From an uncultured Eubacteriales bacterium (GTDB lineage: Bacteria > Actinomycetota > Coriobacteriia > Anaerosomatales > JAAXUF01), in the NCBI GenBank assembly GCA_964521195.1, contig CAZFRE010000001.1, positions 200,239-264,238 of the forward strand: DNA of 64,000 bases, given 5' to 3'. A model generated the notes under the pieces. The model was not told the origin of the DNA. It saw only the letters and a list, made by a program, of their open reading frames with translations, and did no database searches. The translations under genes were made by a program, and so were the position numbers. Positions 1 to 7,534 of the stretch are shown here, one piece after another. How positions within the stretch are numbered: position 1 is the first letter of the stretch; each line of letters begins with the position of its first letter.

Positions 1-2853
1 TCGGCTCAGAAGGACTTCGATGGGCTCGTTGGGCTCGTCAAGGATAAGAAGGTCAAGATCGAGGGTGCCATCCTCGTCTCGAAGGACGCAGACGGGAAGG
101 TCACCATCGCCGACACCGGCAACCACCTCGGCCGCAAGGGCGCGGGCTGGGGAGGCGGTGTCGGCGTTATCGTCGGCCTGTTCGCACCCGCGCTGCTGCC
201 AGCGGTCGCGGTGGGCGCTGCAGCGGGTGCGATCGCGGGCACGTTTGCAGATCACAAGCTCAAGGCAGGGATTCAAGGCAAGATTGGTGAGAATCTCCCG
301 GAGGGTTCGGCGGCGATCATCGTCATGGCCTCAGACGATCAGCGCTTCGCTGTCGAGCAGACGCTGGTGGGTTCAATCGCAAAATCGGTCGCTCAATCCG
401 ACGAGGGTGGCATTCGGCAGCTGAAGTCCTCACTCGCCGAGGCGATGGGCAAGTTCGCTCAAGACCGCACCGTGCTCCCGATCCCGGACCGCACGTTCGG
501 GGGGTCTATCGGTCACACCATGGACGAGTCCGTCGGCGATTGGTCGATGATTCCTGGTCCGAAGGCGCCCGATGACGCGCCCAACGTGCTGATCGTCCTT
601 GTGGACGATGCCGGCTTCGGCGGTCCTGAGACATTCGGCGGCGAGATCCGAACGCCTGCCCTGAGCCGCGTTCAAGAGATGGGCCTGACCTACAACCGAT
701 TCCACGTTACGGCAGTGTGCTCACCGACCCGCGCAGCGCTGCTCACCGGGCGCAACCATCACCGCGTGGGTATGGGCGGAATCGCCGAGTTCCCCGGACC
801 GTTCCCCGGATACACCGGGACGCGCCCGCGCAGCTGCACAGCCCTGCCGCGGATTCTGAGGGAGAACGGCTACATCACGGGCGGCTTCGGCAAGTGGCAC
901 ATGACGCCTGGCCGCGAGATGGGACCCGCCGGGTCGTTTGATCACTGGCCGCAGGCGTGGGGTTTCGACCACTGGTGGGGCTTCCTGACGGGGGCCGCCG
1001 GCCAGTACGACCCGATCATCACGCAGGACAACTCGGTGCTCGGCGTGCCCGAGGGCGAAGGCGGGAAGCTCTACTACTTCCCCGACGACATCACGGACAA
1101 GTCGATCGAGTGGCTCCACGCCGTGCGGGCCCACGATGCGCACAAGCCGTGGTTTGTCTACTACTCGACCGGCGCCACGCACGCGCCGCACCACGTAGCC
1201 AAGGAGTGGGCTGACAGGTACAAAGGCCAATTTGACGACGGCTGGGACAAGTACCGTGAGCGCACTCTCGAGCGCCAGAAGAGACTGGGCATCGTCCCCG
1301 AGGACACAGAACTCGCTCCGCGACCCGATCCGTACCCGGCCTGGGACGGCCTGAGCGACGCTGAGAAGAGACTGTATGCTCGCCAGATGGAGGTGTTCGC
1401 CGGCTTCTCGGAGAACACGGACTGGAACATCGGGCGCCTCATCGACGCCGTCGATGAGATGGGCGAGCTCGACAATACGCTGATCATCTACATCTGGGGG
1501 GACAACGGCGCGTCGATGGAGGGCACGACTACTGGGTCCTTCAACGAGACGACGTTCTTCAATGGCCTGGTCCTCAACGCCGAGGAGCAGCTGGCCCTCA
1601 TCGAGAAGTTCGGAGGCCTCGAAGGTCTCGGCGGCGAGCGTAGCGCTCCGCACTTCGCCGCCGCTTGGGCACACGCCCAGAACACGCCATTCCAGTGGGG
1701 CAAGCAGATGGCCAGTCACCTGGGTGGCGATCGCGACCCGATGGTCATGGCGTGGCCGAACCGCATCAAGAGCGGCGGTGTGCGTTCTCAGTTCACGCAC
1801 TGCATCGACGTTGCGCCCACGATCCTCGACTTGATCGGCATACCGGAGCCGAAGGTCGTTGACGGAATCGAGCAAGAGCCGATGGACGGCACGCCGTTCT
1901 CGTACACGCTCGACGACCCGGATGCAGCGGAGCAGCACACGGTCCAGTACTTCGAGATGTACGGCAGCCGGGCAATCTACAAGGACGGCTGGTGGGCATG
2001 CGCTCGCCTGGACAAGCTGCCGTGGGACTTCTCGCCGGCCACCCTCGCCAAGTTCAAGCCGGGCAGCGGGTACGACCCGGACCAAGACAAGTGGGAGCTC
2101 TACTACCTGCCGGACGACTTCTCGCAGGCCCGTGATCTGGCAGCCGAGCAGCCGGAGAAGCTGGCCGAGCTGCGCGAGCTCTTCTGGCAGGAGGCCGCAC
2201 GCAATAAGGCCCTGCCACTGCTCGGCGGCATGGCCGTCTTCTTCGGGATTCTGCCTCCCATGCCCACGAACACTCGCTTCGAGTTCGCGGGCGACGTTCA
2301 GAACGTCTCAACCACGGTGATTCCGCGGATCTACGGGCGTTCCTATGCCATCGAGGCTGACATCAACGTTCCCGAAGCCGGTGCCGAGGGCGTCCTGTGC
2401 GCTTTCGCCGACTTCATCGGCGGCTTCGCACTTTGGGTGGACGACAAGGGGCACCTGGTGCACACGTACCAGTTCCTTGGCGTAGACACGTACAAACAGG
2501 TCTCAACCGAGCCCATCCCAACCGGCGATGTGGGCGTCAAGATGCTGTTCGAGATCGACGAGCCGAGGCCGGGCGCCGGAGGGAAGGTGAGCCTGTGGGC
2601 CAATGACCGGCAGATCGGCGAGGGTCGTCTCGACCATACGTGCTCGATGCTGTTCACAACGTACGCGGGCATGGACATGGGTCGGGACAACGGTGGTGTC
2701 GTGGATGAGGCCTACGTGGACAAAGCGCCGTACGCCTTCACCGGCACGTTGAGGAAGGTCACGTTCGACCTCAAGCCGGAGTCCATCGAGACCGAGCGAG
2801 CACTGCATGAACACTCGTCGGCGCAGTCGGTAGGCGGCGGTGCCGCGGGCTAG
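1..2853 (+). CDS. Cys-type (type I) arylsulfatase fused to an N-terminal DUF1269-like glycine-zipper membrane module; 5' end lies outside the window
   Basis: Frame 1 has no stop from nt 1 to 2853; the track ORF merely starts at an internal M (nt 211). nt 1-440 encode FDGLVGLVKDKKVKIEGAILVSKDADGKVTIADTG..GAGWGGGVGVIVGLFAP..AAAGAIAGTF..PEGSAAIIVMASDD. Downstream come APNVLIVLVDDAGFG, VCSPTRAALLTGRNHH (C-x-P-x-R formylglycine motif), FGKWHM and IIYIWGDNG. Confidence 0.85.
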   Translation, partial: SAQKDFDGLVGLVKDKKVKIEGAILVSKDADGKVTIADTGNHLGRKGAGWGGGVGVIVGLFAPALLPAVAVGAAAGAIAGTFADHKLKAGIQGKIGENLPEGSAAIIVMASDDQRFAVEQTLVGSIAKSVAQSDEGGIRQLKSSLAEAMGKFAQDRTVLPIPDRTFGGSIGHTMDESVGDWSMIPGPKAPDDAPNVLIVLVDDAGFGGPETFGGEIRTPALSRVQEMGLTYNRFHVTAVCSPTRAALLTGRNHHRVGMGGIAEFPGPFPGYTGTRPRSCTALPRILRENGYITGGFGKWHMTPGREMGPAGSFDHWPQAWGFDHWWGFLTGAAGQYDPIITQDNSVLGVPEGEGGKLYYFPDDITDKSIEWLHAVRAHDAHKPWFVYYSTGATHAPHHVAKEWADRYKGQFDDGWDKYRERTLERQKRLGIVPEDTELAPRPDPYPAWDGLSDAEKRLYARQMEVFAGFSENTDWNIGRLIDAVDEMGELDNTLIIYIWGDNGASMEGTTTGSFNETTFFNGLVLNAEEQLALIEKFGGLEGLGGERSAPHFAAAWAHAQNTPFQWGKQMASHLGGDRDPMVMAWPNRIKSGGVRSQFTHCIDVAPTILDLIGIPEPKVVDGIEQEPMDGTPFSYTLDDPDAAEQHTVQYFEMYGSRAIYKDGWWACARLDKLPWDFSPATLAKFKPGSGYDPDQDKWELYYLPDDFSQARDLAAEQPEKLAELRELFWQEAARNKALPLLGGMAVFFGILPPMPTNTRFEFAGDVQNVSTTVIPRIYGRSYAIEADINVPEAGAEGVLCAFADFIGGFALWVDDKGHLVHTYQFLGVDTYKQVSTEPIPTGDVGVKMLFEIDEPRPGAGGKVSLWANDRQIGEGRLDHTCSMLFTTYAGMDMGRDNGGVVDEAYVDKAPYAFTGTLRKVTFDLKPESIETERALHEHSSAQSVGGGAAG

Positions 2854-3047
2854 GCGACTTGGTGCACGGTCTCGAGTGAGGCGCTGCTGCGCGCTGGCAT
2901 GCCGTGCGGAAGCAGCTGGTCATCTTGGGCGATCTGGTGGTCGCCGTACTGGGGGCGGTCATGCGCTTGGTAGAGTGGGGCATGGCCAAAGGCAAGCGTT
3001 CCGCAGCGGGTTGACTGCGCCTCCCGCCGAGTACTGTGGGTAGCGAC

Positions 3048-3078
3048 AGAAGGGCCGCCCAGATCGGGCGGCCCTTCT
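3048..3078. terminator. GC-rich hairpin, probable terminator of the small minus-strand gene at 3123-3284
   Basis: Perfect 13-bp stem AGAAGGGCCGCCC / GGGCGGCCCTTCT with loop AGATC. It lies 45 nt downstream (minus sense) of the small ORF stop. There is no clear U-tract. Confidence 0.55.
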
Positions 3079-3122
3079 TGCTGCAGCGACACGGGCCTCT
3101 CAGAGCCCAGGCGCGACGCGCC

Positions 3123-3284
3123 CTACATCAGGTTCGACATCAGCCTCGAGACCGAGTTACGCAGCTTGAACGCGGCCGGCCAGTTGGCCACCGTCTCGAG
3201 CGTGACCTGCGAACACTTGGTCATGTCGTCCTCGAAGATGGCATCGTGCTCGGTGGTGAGGTCCTTGTTGAAGTACCAAGTCAT
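3123..3284 (-). CDS. Small hypothetical protein (53 aa), absent from the ORF track because it is under 60 aa
   Basis: ATG at 3284 is preceded by AAGGAGG with a 2-nt spacer; stop is TAG at 3125-3123. Translation: MTWYFNKDLTTEHDAIFEDDMTKCSQVTLETVANWPAAFKLRNSVSRLMSNLM. Only 4 of 52 codons end in A/T, like the bona fide genes here. The hairpin at 3048-3078 lies downstream. Confidence 0.7.
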   Translation of the reverse strand: MTWYFNKDLTTEHDAIFEDDMTKCSQVTLETVANWPAAFKLRNSVSRLMSNLM

Positions 3285-3488
3285 GACCTCCTTGTGCAGG
3301 GATAGCTGTCCCTCTCATCTTAGCCGATGGTCACACGCCGCCACACTCTGATCGCCACCTTGTCTGGCGTAGGTCAACCAGGATTGCCTCGCACCACCCG
3401 GCACCGATGCTCGGCGGGGTATAGACACCCTCAGTGGGCTCGGTGCGAGCCCGCCAGATTCTGCTGCGGCGGGAGCCAGGGGGTGCGC

Positions 3489-4973
3489 ATGCCTTACGGA
3501 AGACCCAACATCCTTGTGCTTTGGGGAGACGACATCGGCTACTGGAACATCAGCGCCAACAACAAGGGGATGATGGGCTACTCGACTCCCAACATCGACC
3601 GCATCGCGAACGAGGGCATCGGCTTCACGGACTTCTATGGCCAGCAGAGCTGCACGGCCGGCCGCTCGGCGTTCATCACCGGGCAGAACCCGCTTCGCAC
3701 CGGGCTCACGAAGGTCGGCTTCCCCGGAGCCAAGGAGGGCCTGTGCGCCGAGGACCCGACGATCGCGGAGCTCCTCAAGCCGTTCGGGTACGCCACAGCG
3801 CAGTTCGGCAAGAACCACCTCGGAGACCGCGACGAGCACCTGCCAACGAACCACGGCTTCGACGAGTTCTTCGGCAACCTGTACCACCTCAACGCCGAGG
3901 AAGAGCCCGAGCATGCGGACTACCCGAAGGATCCTGCGTTTCGCGAGCGCTTCGGCCCGCGTGGCGTGATTCACAGCTGGGCGCAGCCCGACGGAAGCCA
4001 GGAGATCGAGGACACCGGACCTCTCACGAAGAAGCGCATGGAGACCATCGACGATGAGGTCACGGCGCGCATGCTCGAGTATCTCGAAGAGATGGCCGGC
4101 GGCGACAAGCCCCTCTTCGTCTGGTGGAACGCGACCCGCATGCACTTCCGGACACACATCAAGGACGAGACACGCGGGCTGAGCGGCCAGGGCGAGTACA
4201 ACGACGCCATGGTGGAGCACGACAACCATGTAGGCATGATCCTCGACAAGCTCGACGAGCTCGGGATCGCCGAGGACACGATCGTCATGTACTCCACAGA
4301 CAACGGCCCCCATTACAACACGTGGCCCGACGGCGCCATCACTCCCTTCGCCTCAGAGAAGAACAGCAACTGGGAAGGCGCGTACCGAGTCCCGTGCTTC
4401 GTGCGCTGGCCGGGCACGTGGCAGGCGGGCGTGACGCTCAACGGCATGGTGGCGCACCAGGACATGCTGCCCACGTTCCTCGCGGCGGCAGGGGAGCCCG
4501 ACATCGTCGCGAAGTGCCGGGCCGGTCATGAGGCGGCCGGCAAGTCCTTCAAAGTCGCACTCGACGGCAAGGACATGAGCGACTACTTCGCCGGCCGTGC
4601 GGATGCGAGCCCGCGCGAGGAGTTCTTCTACGTGAACGACGACGCCGAACTCGTGGCGCTGCGCGTTGGGGACTGGAAGTACGTCTTCAAGGAGCAGCGC
4701 GCCAAGACGCTGGCGCTGTGGGCAGAGCCCTTCGTCGACCTGCGCATCCCGCGCATCTTCAACCTTCGGCGTGACCCGTTCGAGCGGGCGCTCGAGAACT
4801 CCAACACCTACTGGGACTGGATGATCGACCACGCGTACATGGTGGTGCCCGCACAGGTGGTGGTGGCGCGCGCGGTCCAGGACATCATGGAGTTCCCGCC
4901 GCGCCAGAAGCCGGCGAGCTTCAACCTGGACAAGGTGCTCGAGCAGCTACACTCCGCGGGTGGATCTGCCTGA
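3489..4973 (+). CDS. Sulfatase family protein with a C-x-A-x-R active-site variant and no signal peptide
   Basis: ATG at 3489 is preceded by GGAGCCAGGGGG. The protein begins MPYGRPNILVLWGDDIGYWN. Motif QQSCTAGRSAFITGQNPLRTG carries C-T-A-G-R instead of C-x-P-x-R. Also FGKNHLGD and IVMYSTDNGPH. The track ORF start at 3327 gives an implausible Arg/Cys-rich leader. Confidence 0.85.
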   Translation: MPYGRPNILVLWGDDIGYWNISANNKGMMGYSTPNIDRIANEGIGFTDFYGQQSCTAGRSAFITGQNPLRTGLTKVGFPGAKEGLCAEDPTIAELLKPFGYATAQFGKNHLGDRDEHLPTNHGFDEFFGNLYHLNAEEEPEHADYPKDPAFRERFGPRGVIHSWAQPDGSQEIEDTGPLTKKRMETIDDEVTARMLEYLEEMAGGDKPLFVWWNATRMHFRTHIKDETRGLSGQGEYNDAMVEHDNHVGMILDKLDELGIAEDTIVMYSTDNGPHYNTWPDGAITPFASEKNSNWEGAYRVPCFVRWPGTWQAGVTLNGMVAHQDMLPTFLAAAGEPDIVAKCRAGHEAAGKSFKVALDGKDMSDYFAGRADASPREEFFYVNDDAELVALRVGDWKYVFKEQRAKTLALWAEPFVDLRIPRIFNLRRDPFERALENSNTYWDWMIDHAYMVVPAQVVVARAVQDIMEFPPRQKPASFNLDKVLEQLHSAGGSA

Positions 4974-4996
4974 CGCCAGAACGCGGCCGACCGGGC

Positions 4997-6664
4997 TCAC
5001 CGGTCGCGCAGCCACGCCTCTCCCAGTTCCACCGCTGCGGCGGTGGACTGGAACACGACGTCGGTCATCGGCAGCGCATTCTCCGCGCCGATCTCCTCGA
5101 GTACCCCGGTGCTGGTCAGCTGGGCCATGAGCCGATCACGCACGCCGGCAAGGATCAGCCGTCCGCCGGCTGCGTGAATCTGCTCGTGGTAGCGGCGGAT
5201 CATCAGGATGAACGTGCTTCCGACCTCGGCGTGGCTGCGCAGACGGACGACCAACACCGGCCGCTGCGCTGTTCCAACCGATGGCAGGAGCTTATCGACG
5301 AGCTCAACGCCGGCGTAGAACACGCTGCCGTAGATATCGACGACGGTGACCGCATCGCTCGGAAGCATCTCGGGCGGGGCCTGCTCGGACCACTGGCCAT
5401 CGGGCAACCGGTGCAGCTGCACTACGCGCACATCTTTGGATGAGCTGTAGACGTACTGCACGGCTGAGAGTGCCGCGCCGAGAAGCACGGCGTACTGCAC
5501 CGGCATCAGAAGCATCGAGCCAAGCGTGATCAGCATGACCACCGCTGACTCCTTGCTGGCGTTCCACACATCGCGCATGCCGTTGATGTCGATCGCCGAC
5601 ACGCCGACCACGATGAGGATCCCGGCGAGTACGGTGAGCGGGACGAGCTCGACAAGAGGGCCTAGCAGCAGGAGCACGACGGCGACCACCACGCCGATCA
5701 CGACGTTTGACCAGCGCGTGCGGGCGCCTCCGGAGACGGCCATGGCGGTGCTCGACACCGACGCGCCGATCGGCATGCCGCCGAACGCGCCAGATGCGAG
5801 GTTGCCGACGCCTTGGCCGATCATGTCGCGCGAGGAGTCCGGGTAGGTCCCGTCGGCGTTCGGGAATGCCTTGCTGATGCCGCCGCCTTGCACAAGGCCG
5901 ATGAGCGCGACCGAGAGCGCCGGTATCACCAGCCCGGGCACAAGCGCCAGTTCAGGCATACGTGGCATCGGCAGGCCGTTGGGAATCTCGGAGACGCTCC
6001 TCACGAGGGGGATATCGATCTTCAGGAAGTAGACGCCCGCCGTTGCGGCCACCAGCGCGATGAGCATCGCGAAGTCCTTGAGCCGCGTGCGCATGAGCGC
6101 AACGATGATCACGATCGTCAGGAGGCCCACCGCCAGCGTGACGGGATTCCACGCTCGCACGTTCAGTGCGGTTTCGATTGCCTTGCCGAACTTCGTTGAT
6201 CTGGATGCGCCGAAGCCCGTGATGTTCGAGAGCTGCCCAACGATGACGAGGAGGGCCACGCCGTTGAGGAAGCCCTTCATCACCGCATTCGAGACAAAGC
6301 GCAGAAGCCGGCCGCCGCGCAGCAGGCCGAACAGCGCCATGAACACGCCGACCAGCGCGGCGAGTGTGGCAACGGCGGCATCGCGCTGGACAGCGGGGAC
6401 GGCTGCAAGGCCGCTTCCAACGATCACCGCCATAGCCGAGGTGACCGCGACCGTCATGAACTGCGAACTCGTTGTCAGCGCTGCTGCCGGCGTGCCGGCG
6501 AGTAGCGCATAGAGCCCGGCGATCGGGCTCACTCCGGCAAGCAGCGCGTTGGCCATTGCGTCCGGAATGTTCGCAACGCCGTTCGTGACGCCGACGATGA
6601 TGTCCGCGCGCGGCCCGTCCCGCTTCTCAGGGGCGTCGGGGCTCGGTGTAGGGCTTGCAGTCAC
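4997..6664 (-). CDS. SulP family anion (sulfate) permease with C-terminal STAS domain
   Basis: Polytopic membrane sequence (GVSPIAGLYALLAGTPAAALTTSSQFMTVAVTSA..). The C-terminus VTVVDIYGSVFYAGVELVDKL..VLVVRLRSHAEVGSTFILMI..LILAGV is STAS-like. Start chosen at GTG 6664 because it overlaps the upstream gene's TGA (GTGA). The track start at 6754 would overlap that gene by 94 nt. Confidence 0.8.
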   Translation of the reverse strand: MTASPTPSPDAPEKRDGPRADIIVGVTNGVANIPDAMANALLAGVSPIAGLYALLAGTPAAALTTSSQFMTVAVTSAMAVIVGSGLAAVPAVQRDAAVATLAALVGVFMALFGLLRGGRLLRFVSNAVMKGFLNGVALLVIVGQLSNITGFGASRSTKFGKAIETALNVRAWNPVTLAVGLLTIVIIVALMRTRLKDFAMLIALVAATAGVYFLKIDIPLVRSVSEIPNGLPMPRMPELALVPGLVIPALSVALIGLVQGGGISKAFPNADGTYPDSSRDMIGQGVGNLASGAFGGMPIGASVSSTAMAVSGGARTRWSNVVIGVVVAVVLLLLGPLVELVPLTVLAGILIVVGVSAIDINGMRDVWNASKESAVVMLITLGSMLLMPVQYAVLLGAALSAVQYVYSSSKDVRVVQLHRLPDGQWSEQAPPEMLPSDAVTVVDIYGSVFYAGVELVDKLLPSVGTAQRPVLVVRLRSHAEVGSTFILMIRRYHEQIHAAGGRLILAGVRDRLMAQLTSTGVLEEIGAENALPMTDVVFQSTAAAVELGEAWLRDR

Positions 6665-7437
6665 TCGACGACTCCAGTCTCCCCATCGGGCACGGCAGCC
6701 GGGTCGCCAAGAGGCGGCGACACCAGGATGAAGATGCTCAAGAGCGCTACCCACAACGGGAACAGCGTCATGATCAGCTGGAACTCCCGAATGCTCAGCA
6801 GCAGCGCCAGCGCGATGGCGTAGCCGACGAATCCGACCCAGCGCGGAATCGTCTTGGTGCGGATGGCGATCGTAGAGGTGACGATCATGAACACGCCGGC
6901 AGCTCGGGCGGCGTACACGTACAGAAACGTGTACGTGAGCGCCTGGCTGAACTGCATCACTGCCGGGTCGACGTCAGCCCGCTCAGCGAGCATGTCGAGC
7001 CGGAGCGCCATAGCGCTTGCGGTCGCCGCGGCCGCGAACAGCATCGCCACGAACAACAGGCCGCTGCCGAGGAACACCGTCGCGAACAGCTGGTCTTCTC
7101 GGCGGCCGATACGGGCGCGAACAGCCCCGATGAACCACAGGAATGCGACGCCGGCGAGAGGGATCGCGTACAGGCCCATGAGGACGATCCGGGTGCGCGC
7201 TGCACCGCTCGCGTACCACGCGGAGAGCGTCTCTCCAGATACGGCGGCAGGCGCCCGGACCAGCAACAGCACGCCGATGAACAGGATCGCGAAGAGTAGC
7301 CCGGCTACTCCCGCGGCTCGCGGAGCGCGCAGGTCCCTGCCCACTTCCTCAATCGCCCCGGTGCCTCTTAGCTCGCTCACCGTAGAGCCCATGACTCTCC
7401 TCTTGGCACGCCGCTGGGAGCGCGAGAACCGCCACAT
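6661..7437 (-). CDS. Integral membrane protein of unknown function (about 6 TM segments)
   Basis: Hydrophobic segments include GVAGLLFAILFIGVLLLV, IVLMGLYAIPLAGVAFLWFIGAV, GLLFVAMLFAAAATA and GFVGYAIALALLLSI. ATG 7437 is preceded by AGGAGAAG with a 6-nt spacer. The alternative in-frame ATG 7392 is preceded by AAGAGGAGAG. The stop overlaps the SulP start. Confidence 0.65.
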   Translation of the reverse strand: MWRFSRSQRRAKRRVMGSTVSELRGTGAIEEVGRDLRAPRAAGVAGLLFAILFIGVLLLVRAPAAVSGETLSAWYASGAARTRIVLMGLYAIPLAGVAFLWFIGAVRARIGRREDQLFATVFLGSGLLFVAMLFAAAATASAMALRLDMLAERADVDPAVMQFSQALTYTFLYVYAARAAGVFMIVTSTIAIRTKTIPRWVGFVGYAIALALLLSIREFQLIMTLFPLWVALLSIFILVSPPLGDPAAVPDGETGVVE

Positions 7438-7534
7438 AGCGCTTCTCCTGTTGGCACCCAGTCTAGTACAGTCTGACCAGGTGGTAAGCATGTTCAGAGA
7501 ATGTGGTTCTGCGTCGTTGGGGGAGTGGTCGAAG

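Noticed and set aside
721-2085. 454-aa minus-strand ORF antisense to sulfatase 1. Similar long ORFs include 38796-40520(-) over metG, 46735-48267(-) over glmU, 48434-49834(-) over prs/rplY, 49459-50766(-), 52607-54094(-) over nfnB and 57333-58283(-).
   Set aside because: These are typical high-GC shadow ORFs. The translations are Arg/Pro/Ala/Gly-rich and motif-free. The opposite strand encodes unmistakable conserved proteins in every case.
2850-3092. 80-aa minus ORF (and 2771-2995) in the gap after sulfatase 1. Its C-terminal part (..GHAPLYQAHDRPQYGDHQIAQDDQLLPHGMP..) looks faintly protein-like.
   Set aside because: The ORF would have to start inside or across the 3048-3078 terminator hairpin, and it has no SD and a lower third-position G/C bias. 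At most it is a gene remnant that I cannot support.
7403-7460. Two TTGGCAC elements resembling the -24 box of sigma-54 promoters.
   Set aside because: The required -12 TTGC element is missing at the right spacing (TGGGA / CTAGT instead). The motif is better explained as part of the 14-mer direct repeat.
6854-7534. N-terminal 227-aa extension of the second SulP ORF (track start 6854). The analogous upstream extensions of the nfnB frame (51566-52624), fhs (to 26945), S8 protease (to 23471), tatD (from 40034) and prs (from 47972) were treated the same way.
   Set aside because: The extensions run antisense or out of frame through neighbouring genes and lack SD sequences. Internal starts with good SDs coincide with the conserved N-termini of the families.
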